NCBI GenBank assembly: GCA_965208575.1
Contig: CBDBOV010000004.1
Span: forward strand, 992,001 to 1,056,000
Length of the DNA stretch: 64,000 bases
Reading direction: 5' to 3'
Source: Spirochaetia bacterium
GTDB lineage: Bacteria > Spirochaetota > Spirochaetia > SZUA-6 > Bin103
Part shown: positions 29,090 to 38,543 of the stretch, one piece after another
How positions within the stretch are numbered: the first letter of the stretch is position 1
Layout: the number at the start of each line of letters is the position of its first letter
Translations under genes and position numbers: made by a program
Notes under the pieces: model-generated
Seen by the model: the letters and a program-made list of their open reading frames with translations, nothing else
Databases searched by the model: none
What the model was told of the DNA's origin: nothing

Positions 29090-29403
29090 TGCTGTACCTC
29101 CAGTCCACGCACCGAGTGTGGTCAGAGTCGCGCGCGCAGGTCAAGAAGCAGCCTGACGGCGCGAGCTTCGTTGGCGAAGCGGCATGGGCGAGCCGGCGGC
29201 AACGGCCGGGATGTCGCGGCGGGCCAAACCGATCCACCTGGTCGGCGCAGCGTTCAGCCGCCAAACCCGCAACATCACCGCCTTCGACACCAGCGACGCC
29301 TGACGCGAGGGTGCAAGAGGCTCCACGTCGCCCGGCAGTCTCCTGATCCCGGCCCGTGAAGCGCGAGTGACCGCACGCCATTGTTCATAGCGAGGACCCA
29401 ACC

Positions 29404-30399
29404 ATGCTGCACGACGAAAACTACAAGCGTCTGTTCGCCTCCCCGCTCATGGTCCAGGATGTGCTGCGTGCCTGCCTGCCCGCCCACCGGCTGGCCGCCG
29501 CGGACTTCTCCAGCTTGGGCAAGCTCTCTGCCGAGTATGTCAGCGACGAACTGCGCACCCGCCACGGCGACACCGTCTGGCACCTGCGCCTGGGCCGACG
29601 GCGGGTGTTTCTGCTCATGCTGCTCGAGTTCCAGGCGCAGGACGATCACTGGATGGCGCTGCGCATCCTCACCTACAGCGGTCTGCTGTACCAGGAACTG
29701 GTGCGCAATCAGGCCCCGGAGGTGGCTGGCGAGCGCCTCCCGGCGGTGATGCCGGTGGTGCTCTACAACGGCACCGAGCCGTGGACCGCAGCCCGGAACA
29801 TGGGCGCCCTGATCACACCGGTGGGACCGTGGCTGGCGCCGTATCAGCCGGCCCAGCACTACTACCTGCTTGACTTGCAGCGGGTGCGGGCGGATGATCT
29901 TCCGTACCGCAACCTGCTGCGGGCGGTGGCGCGGCTGGAGCAGAGCCGGTCGCCGGAGGAAGTGGTGCGGGTGGTGCAGGCGTTGCGGCGCTGGTTGCCG
30001 AACCGGGGCGCGGAGGAGTTGCAGCGCGCGTTCGTGGATTGGGTACGTCAGATTGTCGGACGGCTGGCGCCGACGGGAGCGACGGTGCCGCCGCTACGGA
30101 CACTGGAGGAAGCGAGCATGACGTTGGTCGAACGGGTCGCCGAATGGCCCAAGCAGTGGCTCCGTGAAGGCCGTGAACAGGGCGTTGCGGAAGGCCGCGA
30201 ACAAGGTGTTGACGAGCAACGGGCACTGTTGTGCCGGATGGCGGGGGCGCGCTTCGACGCCGAAACCGCCGTTCGCCTGGCCGACCTGCTGGCGCCGATC
30301 TCCGACCCGGAACACTTGGCCGAGGTCGGCGACTGGCTGGTGCGTTGCGACACCGCAGACAGGTTTCTCGCCCGCTTCGATCCCGCATCACCAACCTGA
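29404..30399 (+). CDS. Rpn-family (YhgA-like) PD-(D/E)XK nuclease
   Basis: HDENYKRLF, RHGDTVW, LLEFQ, MALRILTY, LPAVMPVVLYNG, EGREQG repeats. Confidence 0.9.
   Translation: MLHDENYKRLFASPLMVQDVLRACLPAHRLAAADFSSLGKLSAEYVSDELRTRHGDTVWHLRLGRRRVFLLMLLEFQAQDDHWMALRILTYSGLLYQELVRNQAPEVAGERLPAVMPVVLYNGTEPWTAARNMGALITPVGPWLAPYQPAQHYYLLDLQRVRADDLPYRNLLRAVARLEQSRSPEEVVRVVQALRRWLPNRGAEELQRAFVDWVRQIVGRLAPTGATVPPLRTLEEASMTLVERVAEWPKQWLREGREQGVAEGREQGVDEQRALLCRMAGARFDAETAVRLADLLAPISDPEHLAEVGDWLVRCDTADRFLARFDPASPT
30118..30399 (+). CDS. Putative intragenic small Rpn (RpnS) antitoxin, in-frame internal start
   Basis: GGAGGA at 30105-30110 and an in-frame ATG at 30118 just before the repeat-containing C-terminal domain. 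Confidence 0.55.
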   Translation: MTLVERVAEWPKQWLREGREQGVAEGREQGVDEQRALLCRMAGARFDAETAVRLADLLAPISDPEHLAEVGDWLVRCDTADRFLARFDPASPT

Positions 30400-30670
30400 C
30401 ACTTGCAGTCCGAGCTGCCCGCGCGCAGCCGCCCGAACGGTAGTTCGGGGCACTTCTGCCTGCCATGCAGCGATAGGTGTACCTCCTCAGGTCTAGAGGT
30501 TTAGCAAGCGCTCGCGCAGGTAGGTCGATAGGTACAGAGTGTGCGCTCGGCGAACAAGATCAGATTGGTTTCTGATCTGGCCGGACTTGATGATTGCCTC
30601 GATCGCCCTCCTCGTGCTTGCGGATTCACCGTGCTTTTCGGCATATTCACTATTTGGTCACGTACCGTCC

Positions 30671-32266
30671 TCACGGGAGGTTCAGGGGTATGGACACGGC
30701 GGCTTCCGGCTCGCGGTATACGCGGTAGGTCGGGACTTCGGAGCCGTCTCGCGACATGTGCATGTGAAACAGGGCGGTGTCGGTGGCCGGGTCGTATTCG
30801 GTCACCGCGATCCTGGCTGCCGGGTCGGCCGCCTGCACGCCGCGGCGCACGCCCCAGGTGATCAGCCAGTGGCCGTTGCTCAGCACGGTGACGCCTCCCC
30901 AGTGGTCGGCGGCGCCCTGGCTCGCCGGGAGGCGGAACTCGCGGACGTAGGCGGCATGGGTGCCGGAGGAAACGTCGTACTCCACCACGCGCGTGAACCG
31001 CGGACGGTCCTTGCGCGGCCCGGAGCAGCCGATGCCGTTGTCGAACAGAATCACCCTGCCGCCGCCGGTCAGCGTCGCCTGGTGCTGGCCGCAGAACTCG
31101 TTGTCCGCGCCGTCGTCTCCGACCAGCTCGAGGTACTCGGTGCCGGCGGGTCGCGACGGCGCCGTTCCGCCGAGCTGCCACTTCACGGTGCCCGTGTTCC
31201 CGGAACGGTCGATGCGCAGCACCTGCGAGCAGGTCCAGAACGAAGCGATGATGTCGCCGCCCGAGATCTGCATGGAGTTGAGGTGCGCGTAGTCCTTGCT
31301 CGGCTCGCAATCCGACCGCGCGAAATGGTCCCACGAACTCCAGCGGAACACTTCGTTGCCGTGCGGGGTAACTTCCTGGATCACCGAGTCGAGGTAGACG
31401 CCGCGGCAGGACTGCGGGGCCGCGCACGGGTCGCGCGTCGCCGGTTGGTAGGCCACGAACAGGAAGTTCCCGTCGCGGGTGATCAGGAATTCGTGCCGGT
31501 CGGCGCGGTCGAGGTCGCCGACGACGTTCACCGTGCGTATCGCGGCGAGTTGTTCATCGAGCAAATCCACCCCGTCGCGCCGGCTGACCGAGTAGCGGAC
31601 GCGCCGGCCGTCGATCAGCGGCCCGGTGGCGTGCGGCCTGAAGTTGCGCAGGGTGGGGTCGCCCCGGCGGTGGAATCTCGGTACGCCGTTGTTGTCGACG
31701 ATCGCCAGGAAGGGTCTCTGGGTGACGAACAACAGTCCCTCCGACACGCTCGCCGACTTCTGCAGGATACGGATGCGGGGGAAGTCGGCGGGCAGGCAAT
31801 GCACGACGTAGGTGGAGCGGGCGGCGCCGCGCCGCACTTCGATGGCCACGTCGTGATCGGCGGCCACGGGCAACCGGTGGTCGAGGCGGTGCGTGGCGGC
31901 GTGGTTCCTGCCCTGGTCGCGGCGCAGCAGAGTCAGGCGGGAGGTCGCGGCGCCGGCCTGCGCCACGACCCGCAGCGCGGCGCGGTCGGCACACGGGAGG
32001 GCGTAGTGATGGATGTCGGGAGCGAACGCCGGGTACAGGGTGCCGCCGCCGCTCACCGCAAGGTGCCGGAGCACCGGCGGCTCGGCCGGGGGACCGCCCG
32101 CGGGTTGCCGGCCGTCCGTGAGCGGCTGTTCGGGCTGCGCGGGGGCGGGGCCGAGGCGGCAGGCCCCGGCGACCGCCAGCACGAGCGCCGGCAGCAGGAT
32201 GTGGAGACATCGGTGCGCGTGGGTCGGTTGCCCCGCCGAACGCCGAAGCGAGTGCCCACGCCTCAC
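30671..32266 (-). CDS. Arylsulfotransferase-family beta-propeller lipoprotein with an N-terminal beta-sandwich
   Basis: Lipobox AVAGAC; DRHEF, FRWSSWDH, DYAHLNS, GQHQA, LFDNG, RVVEY, WGGV..L.NGH.LITWG, YRVYR; start inferred. Confidence 0.82.
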   Translation of the reverse strand: MRRGHSLRRSAGQPTHAHRCLHILLPALVLAVAGACRLGPAPAQPEQPLTDGRQPAGGPPAEPPVLRHLAVSGGGTLYPAFAPDIHHYALPCADRAALRVVAQAGAATSRLTLLRRDQGRNHAATHRLDHRLPVAADHDVAIEVRRGAARSTYVVHCLPADFPRIRILQKSASVSEGLLFVTQRPFLAIVDNNGVPRFHRRGDPTLRNFRPHATGPLIDGRRVRYSVSRRDGVDLLDEQLAAIRTVNVVGDLDRADRHEFLITRDGNFLFVAYQPATRDPCAAPQSCRGVYLDSVIQEVTPHGNEVFRWSSWDHFARSDCEPSKDYAHLNSMQISGGDIIASFWTCSQVLRIDRSGNTGTVKWQLGGTAPSRPAGTEYLELVGDDGADNEFCGQHQATLTGGGRVILFDNGIGCSGPRKDRPRFTRVVEYDVSSGTHAAYVREFRLPASQGAADHWGGVTVLSNGHWLITWGVRRGVQAADPAARIAVTEYDPATDTALFHMHMSRDGSEVPTYRVYREPEAAVSIPLNLP

Positions 32267-32304
32267 CTGAGCCGGCCGACGGCTCCCTCGGAAGCAACGG
32301 TCGA

Positions 32305-33378
32305 TCAGTTGGTGTCGTCGTCCACGACCGAGACGTTCGCGGTGCCCGGATTTCCGCTCACGTAGCCGTCGCCCGGAACAATAAGACAACCAATCGTCCC
32401 ACCTATACCAGCTTGGTAAGGTGGATCGTCGTCGTTGACAGCCGTGACGGAAACAGAGCCGGTAGTACTGCCGGCGGAGATCGAGACCTCGGTCGGAGTC
32501 TTGTTCAGGGTGACGTGCACCGCACTCACGCTCAGGGTGACGGTCAGCTCGGACGTCGGCGCCGGCGAGGCGGTCACCGTGAACGTGACCGAGTCGCCCT
32601 CGTTTATGGAGGACGCGCTCGCGCTCACCGTCACGGTCACCGGCGGACCGGAAGGCGTCGTCGGCGACGGCGACCCACCGCCTGGAGTGCCGCCTCCCCC
32701 CGACGGAGTCGGGTCGTTGTCGCGGACGACGACGGTGGCCGAGCCCGCCGAACCGACCGCGTAGCCGCCGCCGGCTTCGACGGTGACCGTCACCGAGCCG
32801 TCCCGCTCGTCGGTGGCGTCGTTGTCGGTCGCCGCGGTCAGCGTGGCCGTTCCGGAGGTCGGGATGGTGACCGTCTTCCGACGGGTTCCGGTCAGGAACG
32901 AACCCGACTCCGCCCAGCTCACCGTGACGGTGAGCGCGTTCGCCGGCGGCGGCGCCGCGGTCAGGGTGAACGACACCGGGCGGCCCTCGGTCACGGCCGG
33001 CGCGGTCGCCGCGATGGTTACCACCGGCTGTTCCGGCGTCCCTGATTCCGGCGCCGCGGGTTTCGGCGTGAGGGTCGCGCCGGCCGACGCGGCGGTGGAC
33101 GCGCCCACCCGGTAACCTGCACCGGCAGCGACCGTGGCGGTGACCGTACACCCCTTCGCCTCGACCCGGGCGCCGCTTGTCGGCACCGTCAGCGAGGCCT
33201 CTCTCTTGCCGGCAGGGACGGTCACGGACCTCGGCGCCTGCGCCAGCTCGCAACCGGAGGACGTTATCTTGACGCCGACGGTCAGATCGGCCGACGGCGC
33301 AGGGGCGGCCCGCACCAGGAACACCAGCGGACTGCCCTCGGCCACCGAGGGCGTGGCAGGCGCCGAAATGGTGATCAC
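32305..33378 (-). pseudogene. Calx-beta/Ig-like repeat lipoprotein, 3' part, interrupted by IS3
   Basis: Three repeats of the type VTI.A....V.EG..V.F, with DNDATDERDG and ATVVVRDND; reading frame broken at the IS end. Confidence 0.8.
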
Positions 33379-33445
33379 TGAGCTGGTCCCGGAAAAACGG
33401 ACGGTATGGTAGAGTGTATCCAAGGCCACGAGGAGGGCCAGCAAG

Positions 33446-33730
33446 ATGGCGACGAAGAGGCGTCGGTTCACAGCGGAGTTCAAGGCGAAGGTAGTGATGG
33501 AGGCGCTGCGGGGAGACCGTACGATCCAGGCGATCGCGGCCAAGCACGAAATACATCCGAACCAGATCAGCAGTTGGAAGCGGCAGGCTCAGACCGGTCT
33601 GCGGGACCTGTTCGCCGACGGCCGGAGCCGGCGGCAGAAGGAGCACGATGAGACCATTCACGACCTGCATGCCAAGATCGGGGAGTTGACCGTGGAGCGC
33701 GATTTTTTAGCACGCGGGCTCGGGCGCTGA
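33446..33730 (+). CDS. IS3 transposase OrfA (HTH)
   Basis: RRRFTAEFKAKVVMEAL, HEIHPNQISSWK, LHAKIGELTVERDFL; T6 slippery run at 33703-33708. Confidence 0.9.
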   Translation: MATKRRRFTAEFKAKVVMEALRGDRTIQAIAAKHEIHPNQISSWKRQAQTGLRDLFADGRSRRQKEHDETIHDLHAKIGELTVERDFLARGLGR

Positions 33731-34587
33731 GCCGGGCCGAGCGACGAGAGATGATCGACCGCGAGCACGAGGGTCTGAGCATCAGCCGGCAGTGCCGCCT
33801 GATCGGGCTGAACCGGTCGACGCTGTACTACCGAGCGGTGGGCGAGAGCGCTGACACGCTCGCGTTGATGCGCCGCATCGACGAACTTTATCTGGAATGT
33901 CCGTTCTACGGCAGCCGGCAGATGATGCGCCATCTGGCACGCGAGGGAAAGCGGGTCGGTCGGCACCGGGTGCGGCGGCTGATGCGGCTGTTGGGGCTGG
34001 AGGCGATCTACCGCAAGCCACGCACCAGCGTCGCGCACCCGGACCATCGGGTGTATCCGTATCTGCTGCGAGGGCTTACGATTGAGCGCCCGAACCAGGT
34101 GTGGTGCGCGGACTTGACCTACATCCCGGTGCAGGGAGGATTTCTGTACCTGGTGGCGATCATGGACTGGGCGAGCCGGCGGGTGTTGGCCTGGCGGCTG
34201 TCCAACACGATGGACACCTCCTTCTGCCTGGAGGCGTTGGCGGACGCTCTGGAAGACTTCGGCATTCCCGAGATCTTCAACACCGATCAGGGCAGCCAGT
34301 TCACCAGCATCGCGTTCACCGGCCAGTTGGAGGCGACCGGGATACGGTGCTCGATGGACGGGCGCGGTCGTTGTCTGGATAACGTATTCATCGAACGGTT
34401 GTGGCGCTCGCTGAAGTACGAGTCGGTATACCTGCACGATTTGGAGGATGGCTTCGAGGCGCAGCGGGTGATCGACGGGTGGATGGCATTCTACAACGAG
34501 ACCCGACCACACTCGGCGCTCGGCGGGCGTACGCCCGCGGAAGCGTACCGCGACGGGGTGGCGGAACAACAGCAGGAGGTGGCGTAG
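33727..34587 (+). CDS. IS3 transposase OrfB (DDE integrase core, -1 frame)
   Basis: FYGSR, WCADLTYI, IMDWASR, FNTDQGSQFTS, DNVFIERLWRSLKYE, RPHSALG. Confidence 0.93.
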   Translation: MSRAERREMIDREHEGLSISRQCRLIGLNRSTLYYRAVGESADTLALMRRIDELYLECPFYGSRQMMRHLAREGKRVGRHRVRRLMRLLGLEAIYRKPRTSVAHPDHRVYPYLLRGLTIERPNQVWCADLTYIPVQGGFLYLVAIMDWASRRVLAWRLSNTMDTSFCLEALADALEDFGIPEIFNTDQGSQFTSIAFTGQLEATGIRCSMDGRGRCLDNVFIERLWRSLKYESVYLHDLEDGFEAQRVIDGWMAFYNETRPHSALGGRTPAEAYRDGVAEQQQEVA

Positions 34588-34817
34588 CGAACAGGAACGG
34601 CAGGCGGTTGGCATGGGGTGCAAGGGCATCCGAGGACCAACGGGAGCGCGAGCAGTGGGGACGAAGTATCCACATATCCACAGGCTCGCTCACCCCCTCC
34701 CCGGACCCCACCCCCATTACCGCCGCCTGATCATCTCGACCAGGAGGGTGGGTTGACAACGAACGAGATGCACTCTACAATATCCCATCCACTGTCCAAC
34801 CTATCGGGTCCACGTCA

Positions 34818-35003
34818 CACCACCGCGCGCGTGGGCTTTTCCGTTGTCTCGGGCGCCACTTGCGCGCACCCTGCGAGCGCCAGGACAAGGAGCAGACCGA
34901 ACCCGGCCGAGCGCTGGCCAAGCTGGCGTGCCAGACGGGACGGACAGCGATCGGTGAACGCTTTCCGCGTCACCGGGACATCCCCTCGGCGCACACGCAT
35001 CAT
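34818..35003 (-). pseudogene. 5' part (signal peptide/lipobox) of the IS3-interrupted Calx-beta lipoprotein
   Basis: GLLLVLALAGC lipobox; removing the IS and one CAC restores the in-frame RAVV-ITISAPA. Confidence 0.8.
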
Positions 35004-35183
35004 GACAGGCGGACCGAAGCTGCGCGGGCGAAGTTTGGGCCCCCGAACGCCCGGCCCATATGCCTGGCACGTCTCGCCAACGTGGACCGACGGTGCACGC
35101 CATTGCAGGTGCTCCCGGGGACGGACCTGGTGTGAACGCGGAGCGACCGGTAGTGCTGCGCTACGAGGTCGCCGAGTGGCGGG

Positions 35184-35271
<88 letters not shown>

Positions 35272-35642
35272 CAAACTACGTGCCAAAGGGTTGGACATCG
35301 GTCCTCTCACCGCGCAAGCGCGGGTCCTGGAGATTCGGGAACAACCGAACGTCGTACGCGGTATCGGACATCGGAGTACGCGAGACCAGCACGCAGAAAT
35401 TACTCGCCGTGGACGCATTTCGAGTGGCGATTCTCATTACGCGGCGCGTCTTGATCAATACATACCGCCCGTAAGACACGAAACAAACACCGATTTTATC
35501 GATCTATTCACCATTTCGTCACGATAGCTCCGCCGGTTGCCGCCGGTCGTCGCCAAAGGGCGCCGACGCGTTTACAGGTCCAGGGCCGAACAGGGAGGGG
35601 CGCGTTGCGGCGGGTGGCCGGTCGCAGGTAGGATCGCGGCAG

Positions 35643-37280
35643 ATGTACAGGGGCCCGAGGCGAAAACCCCGCTGCATTCGAGCGGCGATCCATCCCGGCT
35701 GGCCGCTCACGGTGTGGCGCCGGGTTCCAGCGCGGGCTGCGCGGTCGCTGCGAGCGGTGGACCGCGGGCGATGGCGGCTGCTTCTGGCCGTGCTCGTCAT
35801 GTGCGTGGGCGCCGGCAGCGTGGCCGGCCAGAGCGCCGCGGCAGAGGGCGGCTCGACGGCGGCGGAGTTTCGCCAGCAACTGCCGCTCGGTCCGGTCACC
35901 GGCGATGCCGGGACGCTGCGCCAGCGGATCCTGAGTGCTACCAGCTACCGGATGACCGCCGGCGACACCTACGAGTTGCAGATTCAGCTCGGCTCCGACC
36001 GGGTCAACACGTTTCCGCTGGTGCTGCAGGACGACTACGAACTCGACATCCCCTACGTCGGCACGGTCGGCGTTCGCGACCGCCTGTTCAGCGATGGGCG
36101 CCGCGAGATCGTGCGCCGCATCAAGGAACAGGTTCCGGCGCGTTTCGTCAGCTTCGTGCTCAAGCAGCCGGCCCTGTTCGACGTGTTCATCTACGGCGGC
36201 GTAGCCAACCCCGGCATCTACACGGTCACCCCGCTGTCGCGCATATCCGACCTGATCACCGTCGCCGGCGGACCACAGGCGGGCAGCAGCCTGCGCGCCG
36301 TGGAATTGACCCGCGACGGCGCCACCGGCTCGATCGACCTGACGCGTTTCTCCACCCACGGCGAACTGGACGCCAACCCGACGCTGACGCCGGCCGACCG
36401 GGTGCGCATCCCGCGCGCCGAGCGCCTGGTGTCGATCACCGGCTCGGTGGCGTTCCCCGGCGTGTTCGATCTGCTCGCCGGCGAGGGCATCGCCGACCTG
36501 GTCCGGTTCGCCGGCGGCCTGCGCGGCCGCGAGGGCGATACCCGGCTGTCGGTGCTGCGCGGGCGGCCGGTGCCGCGCGTGGTGGAACTGGCGCCGGGGG
36601 AGTGGGCCACGTTCCAGCTTCGCGACGGCGACCGGGTCGAAGCCGCTCCCGCCGCCCGCCCGGAGCGCATGGTGCTGGTGCAGGGGGCGCTGTTCGGCGC
36701 GCCCGGCGGCGACCAGCCGCGCCCGATCCCGGACCAGCCGGTGGTGATGCTGCTGCCCTACGCGAGCGGCATGACCGTGCTGCAGGTGCTCGAACAGCTC
36801 GGCGGTCCCACCCCCCTGGCGCGGGCCGAACGCAGCAGCGTGCTGCGCGCCGCCTCCGGGGCACGGGTCCCGGTGGACGTGGCCGCGCTGTGGGAGTACC
36901 GCGATCCGCTCCTCGACCTGTTCCTGGATCCCGGCGACCAGTTGCACGTGCCGTTGCAGGACCTGAACGTCTACGTGGCCGGCGAGGTGAACGTCCCGAG
37001 CGCGGTACGCTACCAGCCGTCCCTGACGATCGGCGACTACCTGCGCGCCGCCGGCGGCCTGACCGAGGACGGCGGCACCGACTTCACGGTGATCGATGCC
37101 GACCATGCGCGCAGCCGCGGCACGCTGTTCACGCAGCCGGCACCGGGGTCGACGATCATCGCCAACCGGAATGCCTGGGCCGGAACCAGGAACGTGCTCA
37201 GCGAATTGGCCATCGTCGCCGGCTTCACCGTCATCATCTGGGACCTGGTGTTCAAGGTTTACGACCGGGTCGCCCCATGA
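35643..37280 (+). CDS. SLBB-domain (Wza/polysaccharide export-like) protein
   Basis: YRMTAGDT, IPYVGTV, repeated G.V..PG.Y/F...AGG SLBB modules, C-terminal TM; start uncertain. Confidence 0.8.
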   Translation: MYRGPRRKPRCIRAAIHPGWPLTVWRRVPARAARSLRAVDRGRWRLLLAVLVMCVGAGSVAGQSAAAEGGSTAAEFRQQLPLGPVTGDAGTLRQRILSATSYRMTAGDTYELQIQLGSDRVNTFPLVLQDDYELDIPYVGTVGVRDRLFSDGRREIVRRIKEQVPARFVSFVLKQPALFDVFIYGGVANPGIYTVTPLSRISDLITVAGGPQAGSSLRAVELTRDGATGSIDLTRFSTHGELDANPTLTPADRVRIPRAERLVSITGSVAFPGVFDLLAGEGIADLVRFAGGLRGREGDTRLSVLRGRPVPRVVELAPGEWATFQLRDGDRVEAAPAARPERMVLVQGALFGAPGGDQPRPIPDQPVVMLLPYASGMTVLQVLEQLGGPTPLARAERSSVLRAASGARVPVDVAALWEYRDPLLDLFLDPGDQLHVPLQDLNVYVAGEVNVPSAVRYQPSLTIGDYLRAAGGLTEDGGTDFTVIDADHARSRGTLFTQPAPGSTIIANRNAWAGTRNVLSELAIVAGFTVIIWDLVFKVYDRVAP

Positions 37281-38449
37281 CTCCCGCGGACTGGACCTAC
37301 CTGGACTGGGCCGCCACCGCGCCGCCTGCGGCGCCGGTCGCGGACGACTTCCGGCTCGGCAATCCGTCTTCCGCGCACGCCTGCGGCCGGCGCCAGCGCG
37401 ACGCCCTGGACGCCGCCGCCGCCGCGATCGGCGCCGCCTGCGGGTGGCCGGCGGAGGAGGTGGTGGCCACCGGCGGCGCCACCGAGGCGGACCACCTGGT
37501 GCTGTACTCGCCGCTCGCCTACCTGCGCGACAGCCGGGCGGCGTTCCGGCGCGGTATCGTGCACTCCGCGGTCGAGCACGCGGCGGTGGCCGAACCAGCG
37601 CAACAGCTCGCGCGGATGGGCTTTCCGGTGCGGGTTGCGCCGGTCGGCGCCGACGGCCTGCTCGACCTGGACCGGTTCGCGTCGTGCCTCGATGACGCCA
37701 CCAGGCTGGTGGCGGTGGTCGCCGTGAACAACGAGACCGGCGCCATCCAACCGCTGGCGGCGGCGGCCGAGATCGTGCGCAGCCACGCACGCGGCATCGG
37801 ACGCCGCATCCACTTCCATACCGATGCCGTGCAGGCCCTGTGCCGCGGCCTGGAGGTGCCGGTTACCGCCGCCGACAGCGCCGCGGCGAGCGCGCACAAG
37901 CTCGGCGGCCCGGTCGGCGTGGGTGCGCTGTGGCTGCGCGGCGACAGCGCGCTGGAGTTGCTGCCGCGCGGCGGCGGCCAGCAGGCCGGGCGTCGTCCGG
38001 GCACCGAGAACGTGGCCGGGCTGCGCGCATTCGCCCGCCAGGCGACCGCCCTCGCATCGGCGGCGGGCGAGCACCGGCGGCACGCCGCGCGCCTGTGCGA
38101 GCGGTTGCTCGCCGGTGCGACGCGCCTGCGCCTGGAAGTGGTGCCGCGCGAGCGCACCGCGCACCCGGAGTGCTACTCACCCTACATCCTCTGCCTGTCG
38201 GCGCCCGGCGTACCCGCCGAGGTGCTGGTGCGCGTGCTCAGCGACGAGGGCGTCTACCTGTCGCGTGGGTCGGCATGCTCGTCGAGCGGCCAGAAGATCT
38301 CGCCGGTGCTGCAGGCGATGGGCGTGCCCGCGCCGGTCGCGGTCGGCGCGTTTCGGGTTTCGACCGGCTGGAGCACCACCGAGACCGACATCGACCGCCT
38401 GCTCGACGCCCTCGCGCGGGCGCTGCCGGCGCTGCGGGCGGTCGCGTAG
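37277..38449 (+). CDS. Cysteine desulfurase (class V aminotransferase)
   Basis: YLDWAATAP, GNPSSAH, GGATEA, EHAAV, NNETG, HTDAVQ, SAHKLGGP, GSACSS; adjacent to thiI. Confidence 0.9.
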   Translation: MTPADWTYLDWAATAPPAAPVADDFRLGNPSSAHACGRRQRDALDAAAAAIGAACGWPAEEVVATGGATEADHLVLYSPLAYLRDSRAAFRRGIVHSAVEHAAVAEPAQQLARMGFPVRVAPVGADGLLDLDRFASCLDDATRLVAVVAVNNETGAIQPLAAAAEIVRSHARGIGRRIHFHTDAVQALCRGLEVPVTAADSAAASAHKLGGPVGVGALWLRGDSALELLPRGGGQQAGRRPGTENVAGLRAFARQATALASAAGEHRRHAARLCERLLAGATRLRLEVVPRERTAHPECYSPYILCLSAPGVPAEVLVRVLSDEGVYLSRGSACSSSGQKISPVLQAMGVPAPVAVGAFRVSTGWSTTETDIDRLLDALARALPALRAVA

Positions 38450-38543
38450 TGCCGCGGACGGTCGGCCGGGCAGCGGCATCGGGGCGGTGCGGCGCCGGGC
38501 GGCGAGACTTCCGGCGCCGCACCGCCCGAAGCGGGCCGCGCCG

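Larger units (their letters stand above)
33379..34817 (+). mobile_element. IS3-family insertion sequence (~1439 bp) with a 3-bp target duplication CAC
   Basis: TG...CA ends; imperfect IRs TGAGCTGGTCCCGG..GGAC / TGACGTGGACCCGA..GGAC; CAC at 33376-33378 and 34818-34820; orfA and orfB. Confidence 0.92.

Noticed and set aside
32305-32450. DGR variable region at the Calx-beta C-terminus
   Set aside because: No reverse transcriptase or template repeat in the window, and the changes are at third codon positions, unlike adenine-specific DGR mutagenesis.
30671-33670. 999-aa single ORF
   Set aside because: The upstream part reads through the IS3 and the Calx-beta gene in the wrong frame; the real arylsulfotransferase starts near 32266.
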